The notes under the pieces were generated by a model, which was not told where the DNA came from, searched no databases, and saw nothing but the letters and a program-made list of their open reading frames with translations. Of a stretch of 64,000 bases of DNA, positions 56,326-64,000 are shown piece by piece. The stretch's first letter is position 1. Each line of letters starts with the position of its first letter. The stretch covers positions 2,922,665-2,986,664 of the forward strand of contig OY970272.1 of the NCBI GenBank assembly GCA_963715725.1, written 5' to 3'. The translations under genes were made by a program, and so were the position numbers. The DNA is from an uncultured Pseudomonadota bacterium. Its GTDB lineage: Bacteria; Pseudomonadota; Gammaproteobacteria; Steroidobacterales; Steroidobacteraceae.

Positions 56326-57297
56326 TCAGCTCACCAGGTGCTGCGGCGTGCCGGCACACCACTTCTCGATGTTGTCGATCAGCTGGTCTGCCAGGAACTG
56401 CATCGCCCCATCGGAAGCCCAGGCGACGTGCGGCGTCAGAATGAAATTCGGCCTGCGTACATCCAGCAGCGGATGACCGTCGCGCGGCGGCTCGACCGTC
56501 AGCACATCAAACCCAGCGCCCGCGATAAGGCCTGCATTGAGCGCCTGGATCAGCGCGGACTCATCGACCAGCCCGCCGCGGGCGGTGTTGATGAGCAGTG
56601 CGCTGCGCTTCATCTTACGCAACGCGTCCATGTTGATGAGATTGCGGGTCGCCGGCAGCAGCGGGCAATGCAGCGAGATGACGTCGGATTCCGCCAGCAC
56701 CTGTTCGTGCGGGGTGAATGTGACGCCCTCCATCTTCGGTGGCGGATGGTCTGCAAACAGCACGCGCATGCCGAACGCGCGACCGATCGCGGCAGTCGCC
56801 TGACCGATGGCTCCCTCGCCGATGATCCCGAGTGTTGCGCCGTGCAGATCCCCAATGTCGTGGGTAAAGAAGCAGAACTGTTCCGAGCGGTTCCACACAC
56901 CGTTCTCGACATCCTGACGATAGGCCAGCAGGTTACGCCGCAGTGCCAGGATCAGCGCAAAGGCATGCTCGGGAACTGTGTGCACCGCGTAATTGCGGAT
57001 GTTGGCTACGGCGATGCCATGATCGCGGCAGTAGCCGATGTCCACAACGTCATAGCCCGTGGCAGCCACCGCGATCATTTTTAATTGTGGCAGCTGCTGC
57101 AGCGTCCCGGCGCGCAGCGGCACCTTGTTGATAATCGCAACAGTTGCGTGCTGCAGCCGCGGCACGATCTCCTCGGCCGAGGTGCTCTGGTGCTCAACGT
57201 ACTCAGATGCGCAGTCCGGCCGCCGTACTTGCGCCTTCAGGGAGGCCCGATCCAGGAAAACAACGCGCTGCTTGGCGGCGTTGCCCGGGGCGCTCAT
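56326..57297 (-). CDS. hprA: D-isomer-specific 2-hydroxyacid dehydrogenase (hydroxypyruvate reductase/glycerate dehydrogenase)
   Basis: 323 aa. GIIGEGAIGQATA NAD motif, LINTARGGLVDE, TPHVAWAS. Its ATG overlaps the sgaA stop (ATGA). Confidence 0.8.
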   Translation of the reverse strand: MSAPGNAAKQRVVFLDRASLKAQVRRPDCASEYVEHQSTSAEEIVPRLQHATVAIINKVPLRAGTLQQLPQLKMIAVAATGYDVVDIGYCRDHGIAVANIRNYAVHTVPEHAFALILALRRNLLAYRQDVENGVWNRSEQFCFFTHDIGDLHGATLGIIGEGAIGQATAAIGRAFGMRVLFADHPPPKMEGVTFTPHEQVLAESDVISLHCPLLPATRNLINMDALRKMKRSALLINTARGGLVDESALIQALNAGLIAGAGFDVLTVEPPRDGHPLLDVRRPNFILTPHVAWASDGAMQFLADQLIDNIEKWCAGTPQHLVS

Positions 57298-58505
57298 GCC
57301 GCGATGCTCGCCTTTGTGCCGGTCCTGGCTTCGGTCAGCGGATTCTTGCGCCAGAAGTTCTGCGCCGCCGCGACACCGCTGCCGGGCTCGATCTTGACGC
57401 CCGCATCCAGCATGGCCATTTCGGAGCCGGCAATAGCGCCGAGCAACATCAGCTCGTTCAGATCGCCGAGGTGGCCGATGCGAAACAGCTTGCCGGCCAC
57501 CTTCGCAAGTCCCGCCCCGAGCGCGAGGTTGTAGCGCTTGAATGCGCGCGAAATGACCTCGGCGCCGTTGATGCCTTCGGGCACCATGATTGCGGATACG
57601 GTATCCGAATACCACTTGGGCTCAACGGCACAAAGCTTCAGCTTCCAGCCGTCGAACACCGCCGCGCGCACGCCGCGGGCCAGATAGGTATGCCGACGGA
57701 AAATGTTCTCCAGCCCTTCCTCCGCGATCATCGCGAGGGACTCACGCAGGCCATACAACATCGGCACGGAGGGTGTGTAGGGGAAGTAGCCTGTGGCGTT
57801 GGCCGTCACCATGTCGTTGTAATCGAAATAGCAGCGCGGCGATTTGGCCGTCTTGGCCGCGGCCAGCGCTTTCTGACTGACGCACGTGACTCCCAATCCC
57901 GCGGGCAGCATGAGCCCTTTCTGCGAGCCACTGACGCAGACGTCCACGCCCCAGTCATCCATCTGGAAGTCGATGCTGCACAGCGCGCTCACCGAATCGA
58001 CGAACAGCAGCGCCGGGTGCTTCACGCTATCCATGGCCTTGCGCACGGCCGCGACATCACTGGTGACTCCCGTGGCGGTCTCGTTCTGACACACCAGCAC
58101 GGCTTTGATGCGCTGCTGTTTGTCAGCGCTCAGCGAGGCGAGGTAGCGCTCAACGGGGGCGCCTTCGCCCCACGGGGTTTCCAGAATCTCCACCTCGAAG
58201 CCCAGCCGCTGACACATGTCCACCCACAGGTGACTGAACTGACCGAAGCGCGAAGCAAGCACCTTGTCGCCCGGATTGAGCGTGTTGGTGAGCGCCGCCT
58301 CCCAGCAGCCGGTTCCCGAGGAGGGATAAACAATCGGCGTACCGGTCGTTGTCTTGAATACGGGCTTCAGTCCGTTCAGCACCGCCCGCGTCAGCTCCGG
58401 GAAAGTCGGCGAGCGGTGGTCCTCCTGGGAGACCGTCATCGCGCGCAGGACACGGTCCGGAACGTTGGTCGGTCCAGGAACGAAGAGAAAATTTCGGCCA
58501 GCCAT
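57294..58505 (-). CDS. sgaA: serine--glyoxylate aminotransferase (class V)
   Basis: 403 aa, colinear with remembered Methylobacterium Sga (NFLFVPGPTNVPDRV, RFGQFSHLW, NETATGVTS, SGSQKGLMLPAGLG, YFPYTP, FRIGHLGDLNEL). Confidence 0.88.
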   Translation of the reverse strand: MAGRNFLFVPGPTNVPDRVLRAMTVSQEDHRSPTFPELTRAVLNGLKPVFKTTTGTPIVYPSSGTGCWEAALTNTLNPGDKVLASRFGQFSHLWVDMCQRLGFEVEILETPWGEGAPVERYLASLSADKQQRIKAVLVCQNETATGVTSDVAAVRKAMDSVKHPALLFVDSVSALCSIDFQMDDWGVDVCVSGSQKGLMLPAGLGVTCVSQKALAAAKTAKSPRCYFDYNDMVTANATGYFPYTPSVPMLYGLRESLAMIAEEGLENIFRRHTYLARGVRAAVFDGWKLKLCAVEPKWYSDTVSAIMVPEGINGAEVISRAFKRYNLALGAGLAKVAGKLFRIGHLGDLNELMLLGAIAGSEMAMLDAGVKIEPGSGVAAAQNFWRKNPLTEARTGTKASIAA

Positions 58506-58552
58506 GGGAGAACCCCTCTGTTGACGATTCAGGCACCGCTCCAACGCTCAAC

Positions 58553-58565
58553 ATATATGATATAT
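58553..58565. promoter_or_regulatory. 13-nt palindrome ATATATGATATAT in the sgaA / formyltransferase divergent control region (candidate operator)
   Basis: Perfect palindrome 48 nt upstream of the sgaA ATG. 12/13 identical to 46550-46561. A related TATATAAGATTATA lies at 46271-46284, upstream of the GntR gene. Confidence 0.45.
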
Positions 58566-58884
58566 GAGACGGAGTACATACAATACAGCCGTTGGTGTAT
58601 CCGGGTCGGATCCTCGGGTTGCACTGCGGCAAGGGTCATACGGCCGCGCTTGCCGGGGCCCGACGCCAGTAAGGACGATGGGACCACGCGGGATACCCAC
58701 CACCGACGGATGCTGACTGTAGCCCATCCGTTTCGGCGGGCGGAAACGCTTTGCTGCTCGGCGACGCTCCAACCGCCTACTGTTCCGACCGCGGCGCACG
58801 GGTGACTGGCTCTGCTGGCACGGCCGCCTGCGCCTGGACCGCATTTTGCGTAGGATCCTCTTCCCGCTCTGACCATCCATCCAT

Positions 58885-59818
58885 ATGCGCATTGCCATCA
58901 TCGGACAGCAGGACTTCGGCAAGGCGGCGCTGGAGGCCTTTTGCAAGCGTGGCGACGAGGTGGCTGCGGTGTTCTGCGCACCAGAGAAACCCGATGCCAA
59001 GCCTGATCCGCTGCGGCTGGCTGCCCAGCAACAAGGCATTGCCGTGCACCAGCTGCCCTCGCTGAAGACGGCGGCGGCACGCGAAGTATTGCAGAGCCTT
59101 GATGTGCAGCTCGGAGTCATGGCTTACGTGCTGCAATTCGTGCCGCAGGATTTCGTAGCCATTCCGTGCTACGGCATGATTCAGTATCACCCCTCGCTGT
59201 TGCCGCGTTATCGCGGTCCCAGTTCCATCAACTGGCCTATCATCCGCGGCGACCGCCGCACCGGGCTCACCATCTTCCGGCCGACGGATGGGCTGGATGA
59301 AGGGCCGGTCATCCTGCAGAAGCGAAACCCCGATTGGACCGGATGACACGCTGGCAAGTGTCTATTTCGAGCGGCTGTTTCCGCTCGGCATCAGCGCGCT
59401 GCTCGAGGCGGCTGACCTGGCTGCTGCCGGCCGCGCTGCCGGCACGCCGCAGGACGAGTCACAGGCGAGCTACGAAGGCTGGTGCCGCGGTGCCGAGGGC
59501 CAGATCAACTGGCACCACCATGTCGACTTTGTCTATAACCTGATCCGCGGCTGCAATCCCGCGCCGGGCGCGTGGACACGCTGGCAGGGCAAGAAGCTGC
59601 AGATCTTCGATGCTCGCAAGCACCTCAACCGCCGCTTTGCCGATGTGGCCGGTGCCGTGGGAACCGTCACGACGGTGGGCGAGGAGAGTATCTCGATCAT
59701 GGCACAGGGCGGGCAGATCGAGGTGCTGAAGCTGCGTTACGAGGACGGCAAGAAGATTGGCGCGGCCCAGTTTGCCAGCGAGTCGGGGCTGGGCGCAGGC
59801 GCAGCTCTCGGCGCCTAG
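58885..59818 (+). pseudogene. formyltransferase / 10-formyl-THF hydrolase-like protein (FDH N-domain-like), interrupted by a +1 frameshift
   Basis: ORF 58885..59346 (MRIAIIGQQDFG..IQYHPSLLPRYRGPSSINW..DGLDEGPVILQK) continues in ORF 59288..59818 (ETPIGPDDTLASVYFERLFP..INW..GCNPAPGAWT). Removing one nucleotide near 59323 restores a ~310-aa protein. Confidence 0.75.
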
Positions 59819-59835
59819 TCTGTGAGGAGTTGGTC

Positions 59836-60768
59836 ATGACAACCGCATACATCACGCATCCCGACTGTCTGCGACATGAGATGGGCGCGGGCCATCCGGA
59901 GTGCCCTGAGCGCCTTGGCGCCGTGAACGAGCACATGCGCAATTCAGGGTTGCTCGAGCAGCTGCGTCGGCTGGAGGCGCCGCTTGCTGTCCCCGATGAC
60001 CTGAAGCGCGTGCATCGCGCCGGTTACGTGGATCTGATCTTCGAGCACGCACCGTCCGAGGGCTATGTGCAGCTCGATCCTGACACCTCCATGAATCCGT
60101 ACAGTCTGGCGGCGGCGCGCCGCGCGGCCGGGGCCGGTGTGCTCGCGGTGGATGAGCTGCTGGCCGGCAATGCGGCCAATGCCTTCTGCGCGGTGCGACC
60201 GTGCGGCCACCACGCCACCCCGAACCGCTCGATGGGCTTCTGCATTTTCAACAATGTGGCAGTCGCTGCGGCCTACGCTCTGCAGGGCAAGGGCCTCGAG
60301 CGGGTTGCCATCGTCGATTTCGATGTCCATCACGGTAACGGCACCGAGGACATGTTCAGCGCGCCGCAATGGCGGGAGCGGGTGCTCATGGTGAGCTTCT
60401 TTCAACATCCCTTCTATCCGGGCAGCGGTGTCGATGATCCGGCTCCCAACATGGTGAACGTGCCGCTCGCCGCAGGCAGTGGCGGCGCGGTGGCGCGGCG
60501 GGTGCTGGAGGGCAAGTGGCTGCCGGCACTGGATGCGTTTCGGCCCCAGATGATCTTCATCTCAGCGGGCTTCGATGCGCACCGCGAGGACCTGCTGGGG
60601 GGACTTGCGCTGGTCGAGAGCGACTACGAATGGATGACGACTGAGCTCATGGACATTGCGAACCGGCATGCCGCAGGACGCATCGTCTCGATGCTCGAAG
60701 GGGGTTACAACCTTGCGGCGCTGGGGCGCAGCGCCGTCGCGCACGTGCGTACTCTGACGCGCCACTGA
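59836..60768 (+). CDS. histone-deacetylase-family amidohydrolase
   Basis: GAGGAG upstream. 310 aa. RPCGHHA, DFDVHHGNGT, SAGFDAH, LEGGY motifs. Confidence 0.88.
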   Translation: MTTAYITHPDCLRHEMGAGHPECPERLGAVNEHMRNSGLLEQLRRLEAPLAVPDDLKRVHRAGYVDLIFEHAPSEGYVQLDPDTSMNPYSLAAARRAAGAGVLAVDELLAGNAANAFCAVRPCGHHATPNRSMGFCIFNNVAVAAAYALQGKGLERVAIVDFDVHHGNGTEDMFSAPQWRERVLMVSFFQHPFYPGSGVDDPAPNMVNVPLAAGSGGAVARRVLEGKWLPALDAFRPQMIFISAGFDAHREDLLGGLALVESDYEWMTTELMDIANRHAAGRIVSMLEGGYNLAALGRSAVAHVRTLTRH

Positions 60769-60775
60769 CAAGCGG

Positions 60776-61762
60776 TCACATCGTGGCGACATCCAGCATG
60801 ATCTTGCCGATATGCTGCGAGGACTCCATGAGGCGGTGCGCATCGGCTGCCTGCGCGAGCGGGAAAGTGCGGTGAATCACCGGTTTCGCGCGTCCTTGTT
60901 CCAGTAGCGGCCAGATGTTGTTGCGTACCCCGTCGGCCACGGCAGCCTTTTGAGCGAGTGTGCGCGAGCGCAGCGTAGAGGCGGTCAGCGTCAGGCGCTT
61001 CACCATCAACTTCGTCATGTTGAATTCGGCGCGGGCGCCGCCGAGCGTGGCGATGACGACGATGCGCCCATCGAGGGCGCAGGCTTCGATGTTTCGCGGG
61101 ACATAGCTGCCCGCCACCATATCGAGGATGATGTCGACACCTTTTCCCTCGGTCTCCTGCTTCACCACCTCGACGAAATCCTCATTCCGGTAGTCGATGC
61201 CGCGCATTGCGCCGAGACGCACGCAGGCCTGCACCTTCTCCGGCGATCCCGCCGTGGCAAACACCCGCGCACCGAAGGCGTGTGCAAGTTGAATGGCCGT
61301 CGTGCCGATACCGCTCGTGCCGCCATGAATCAGTACGCTGTCGCCTGCTTTACAACCGCCGCGCTCAAACAGATTGGTCCAGACCGTGAAATAGGTTTCC
61401 GGAATGGCCGCCGCCTCCGTCAGGCTCAGGGTAGGCGGCACCGGCAGGCACAGAGGTGCCTGAGCAAGCGCGTACTCGGCATAGCCGCCGCCGGGCAACA
61501 ACGCGGTGACTTTCTGCCCGAGCGCAAGTCCGGAGACCTTCGGGTCGAGCGCGACGATTTCCCCGGCCACCTCCATGCCGGGCAGATCCGATGCGCCGGG
61601 AGGCGGGGGATAATGGCCCTGTCGCTGCACGACATCCGGACGATTGACGCCGGCCGCTGCAACGCGGATCAGCACCTCCCCATCACGAGGTTTCGGCACG
61701 GGGCGCACGGCAGGCTTGAGCTGCTCCGGGCCACCCGGAGAGGCAATCTCGACGACATTCAT
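60776..61762 (-). CDS. qor: NAD(P)H:quinone oxidoreductase (zeta-crystallin/MDR family)
   Basis: 328 aa from MNVVEIASPGGPE. GVNRPDVVQRQGHYPPPPG, HGGTSGIGT. The upstream part of the ORF-track ORF is discounted. Confidence 0.82.
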   Translation of the reverse strand: MNVVEIASPGGPEQLKPAVRPVPKPRDGEVLIRVAAAGVNRPDVVQRQGHYPPPPGASDLPGMEVAGEIVALDPKVSGLALGQKVTALLPGGGYAEYALAQAPLCLPVPPTLSLTEAAAIPETYFTVWTNLFERGGCKAGDSVLIHGGTSGIGTTAIQLAHAFGARVFATAGSPEKVQACVRLGAMRGIDYRNEDFVEVVKQETEGKGVDIILDMVAGSYVPRNIEACALDGRIVVIATLGGARAEFNMTKLMVKRLTLTASTLRSRTLAQKAAVADGVRNNIWPLLEQGRAKPVIHRTFPLAQAADAHRLMESSQHIGKIMLDVATM

Positions 61763-61936
61763 CGTGGCGGGCAAGGTTGGAATGACGGCTCTCCGCGAAG
61801 TGCAGCAAAGTCGGATCTTACCGCTGCACCGTGCAGGCCGCACCTGCATGCCGCGCCTGCTCGCTGCTACGGTTGACAGAGCGCGCATGGTGGCCGGCGC
61901 AGCGGCACTGCAGTACGCTTGTCCGGGGATCGACCT

Positions 61937-62935
61937 ATGAAGTTTTGTGTTTTCGGTGCCGGCGCGATTGGTGGTTATCTGGCCGTTGAGTTGGCACTCG
62001 CCGGACACGAGGTGTGTGTGATCGCCCGTGGCGCGCACCTGCAGGCGATACGCGAGCAGGGACTGAAGCTGCGAATCCACGGTACAGAGAAAATCGCTCG
62101 CATCGCCGCCTCCGACCGGCCGGCTGACTTTGGCGCGCAGGATTACATCCTCTGCACCCTGAAGACGCACCAGGCTTATGCGGCGGCCGAGTCATTCGCA
62201 CCGCTCCTGGGTCCCGACACCGCCGTGGTGACCGCGATGAACGGCATTCCATGGTGGTATTTCTACCGGCACGGCGGTGCGCTGGAAGGGCGTCACCTGC
62301 AATCAGTTGATCCGGGCGGGCGGCAATGGCAACAGATCGGACCTGAGCGCGCGATTGGCGCGGTCATCGACCCCGCCTGCTCGCTCGTGGCGCCAGGTGT
62401 GGTTGCGCATGAAGAATTCAACCGCTTTACGCTGGGTGAGCCGGACCGGAGCCGTTCGGCGCGGGTACTGGCGTTGAGTGAGGCGCTGCAGGGCGCGCAG
62501 CTCGATGCGCCTGTTCGCGAGGAGCTGCGCTGGAACATCTGGCTCAAGCTCTGGGGCAATGTCTGTTTCAATCCCATCAGCGCACTCACCGGGGCGACAT
62601 TGGATCACATGACGACAGATCCGGGTCTGCGCTCGCTGTGTCTGACGATGATGCGCGAGGCTAGCGCGGTGAATGAAGCGCTCGGCATCCACATTCCTGC
62701 CGCGATGATGCAGCGGCGGCTGGAGGCGGCGGGCCAGGTGCGCGGCCACAGAATGTCGATGCTGCAGGATCTGGAGCGCGGTCGCTCACTCGAGATCGAT
62801 GCCATCGTGAGCGTTGTGCACGAGCTCGGGCAGCTGATGGAAGTTGCAACGCCTGCGATTGACGTAGTGCTCGCTTTGATTCAGGAAAGAGGTCGCGCAG
62901 CAGGCTTGTATCGACCGCTGCACGAGATTGAGTGA
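61937..62935 (+). CDS. 2-dehydropantoate 2-reductase family oxidoreductase (second PanE/ApbA-like paralogue)
   Basis: MKFCVFGAGAIGGYLA, NGIPWWYF, WLKLWGN, HRMSMLQD..SLEIDAI. Clearly paralogous to 52418..53407. Confidence 0.8.
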   Translation: MKFCVFGAGAIGGYLAVELALAGHEVCVIARGAHLQAIREQGLKLRIHGTEKIARIAASDRPADFGAQDYILCTLKTHQAYAAAESFAPLLGPDTAVVTAMNGIPWWYFYRHGGALEGRHLQSVDPGGRQWQQIGPERAIGAVIDPACSLVAPGVVAHEEFNRFTLGEPDRSRSARVLALSEALQGAQLDAPVREELRWNIWLKLWGNVCFNPISALTGATLDHMTTDPGLRSLCLTMMREASAVNEALGIHIPAAMMQRRLEAAGQVRGHRMSMLQDLERGRSLEIDAIVSVVHELGQLMEVATPAIDVVLALIQERGRAAGLYRPLHEIE

Positions 62936-62978
62936 CAAAATCGGCTATCATGGCGCCGCCCGCGCTCACCTCGAAATC

Positions 62979-64000
62979 ATGATTGCTGCAACCTGGCCGC
63001 TGCTTCTCGGAATGGGCGTGCTCATGTTGGGCGCGGGCCTGCAGAGCACGCTGCTCGGCGTGCGCGCCACGCTCGAAGGATTTCCCACGCCGGTCATCGG
63101 CGTGATCATGTCCTGTTATTACGTGGGCTATCTGGTTGGCACCCAGGCGGCGAGCCGCCTCGTGCGGCGCATCGGTCACGTGCGCGTGTTTGCCGCGCTG
63201 GCTTCGGTCGCTTCGGCAGCCATCCTGGTGCAGGGCGTGTTCGTCCATCCCCTCGTCTGGGCGGTCATGCGGCTCACCACCGGCATCTGTTTCGCCGGCA
63301 TCTACGTGGTGGCCGAGAGCTGGCTCAACGATCGTGCCAGCCGGACCAACCGCGGTGCGCTACTCGCAGTCTACATGCTGATTCTTTACACCGGTCTGGG
63401 TGCGGCGCAGTTCCTGCTCGTTGTGAGTAACCCGCGTACGGTCAACGGTTTCATGCTCGTCTCCGTGCTCATTTCACTGGCGGTGGTGCCGATCGTCGCC
63501 TCGGCGCAGCATCCGCCGCAGCATGCGGCGCGGTTGAAGGTGCGTTACCGGGATCTTTTCCGGAACTCGCCCCTCGGGGTGGTTGCGGTGACCTTCTCGG
63601 GCATGATTTCCTCCATCATCTTTTCCATGGGTCCGGTGTATGCCCGTCTGAACGGGCTCGGCAATGCCGCGGTGGCCAATTTCATGGCGGTCAGCATCTT
63701 TGCGGCGGTGCTATCGCAGTATCCGGTGGGTCGTCTGTCCGATCGCCTCGATCGTCGCACCGTTATCGCTTTTGTGTGTACTGCCGCGACCATTGTCGCG
63801 GGGCTACTCGTCGCCTTTCCTGGGCTGCCCAATGCGCTGTTCCTGACACTCGCAGCTCTGTTCAGCGGTTTTGCGCTGACTCTGTATTCGCTCGCGGTCT
63901 CACATGTGAATGACAAGCTGGAAGCAGGACAGCTGGTCGGTGCGAGCAGCGCGCTGCTGTCATTGAACGGCACCTCAGCGGCATTCGGTCCCGTACTCGC
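62979..64000 (+). CDS. MFS transporter (partial, runs off window end)
   Basis: Open frame not in the ORF track because it has no stop. MIAATWPLLLGMGVLMLGAGLQ.., MRLTTGICFAGIYVVAESWLNDRA, multiple TM segments, YcaD-like pattern. Confidence 0.75.
   Translation, partial: MIAATWPLLLGMGVLMLGAGLQSTLLGVRATLEGFPTPVIGVIMSCYYVGYLVGTQAASRLVRRIGHVRVFAALASVASAAILVQGVFVHPLVWAVMRLTTGICFAGIYVVAESWLNDRASRTNRGALLAVYMLILYTGLGAAQFLLVVSNPRTVNGFMLVSVLISLAVVPIVASAQHPPQHAARLKVRYRDLFRNSPLGVVAVTFSGMISSIIFSMGPVYARLNGLGNAAVANFMAVSIFAAVLSQYPVGRLSDRLDRRTVIAFVCTAATIVAGLLVAFPGLPNALFLTLAALFSGFALTLYSLAVSHVNDKLEAGQLVGASSALLSLNGTSAAFGPVL

Overview
High-GC proteobacterial chromosomal window read by eye. All family assignments rest on recognised motifs and remembered homologues. 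No searches were run, and start codons are best guesses. The window has four blocks.

(1) 1-4164: conserved core clpX-lon-tRNA-Val(TAC).

(2) 4165-~6900: fossil of a mobilisable island at the tRNA. It has a broken MOBQ relaxase, an intact-looking oriT, a relaxosome accessory gene and a small excisionase-like HTH, but no integrase.

(3) ~7.3-38.9 kb: an accessory-looking signalling and stress stretch. It contains:
- a 1542-aa CheB-CheR-PAS-HisKA-HATPase-REC hybrid
- a truncated hydrolase, a stand-alone LigD-type ligase and a complete IS21-family element
- two retropepsin-like double-domain proteases (one with PDZ, one with TPR)
- UrcA, an orphan histidine kinase and two Crp/Fnr regulators
- REC-PAS-GGDEF, DUF883, a membrane desaturase and an orphan CheB-like domain
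- two paralogous CheY-like receivers carrying Glu at the phospho-acceptor position
- a groESL copy plus a relic of a second groEL
- several small Cys-rich proteins and a secreted 7.5x Cys-repeat protein

(4) 39-64 kb: a carbon-metabolism supercluster resembling oxalate/serine-cycle assimilation. It contains:
- ppc-aceK-P-loop gene and a GntR regulator
- ThDP enzyme-frc-ADP-forming acyl-CoA synthetase-PanE-like reductase-mtkAB/sucCD-like-FAH
- hprA-sgaA
- a frameshifted FDH-N-like formyltransferase, an HDAC-like amidohydrolase, qor, a second PanE and a partial MFS transporter

No rRNA genes or CRISPR arrays were seen.

The most interesting signals are:
- a duplicated control region with an ATATATGATATA(T) box in front of two operons of the oxalate/serine cluster, including a ~510-nt leader
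- an uncharacterised P-loop (zeta-toxin-like) gene tightly coupled to aceK
- the RR-groESL segmental duplication that left a groEL 3' relic
- the Glu-acceptor receivers and the W-[ED]-D-E-G-G motif
- the Cys-repeat protein
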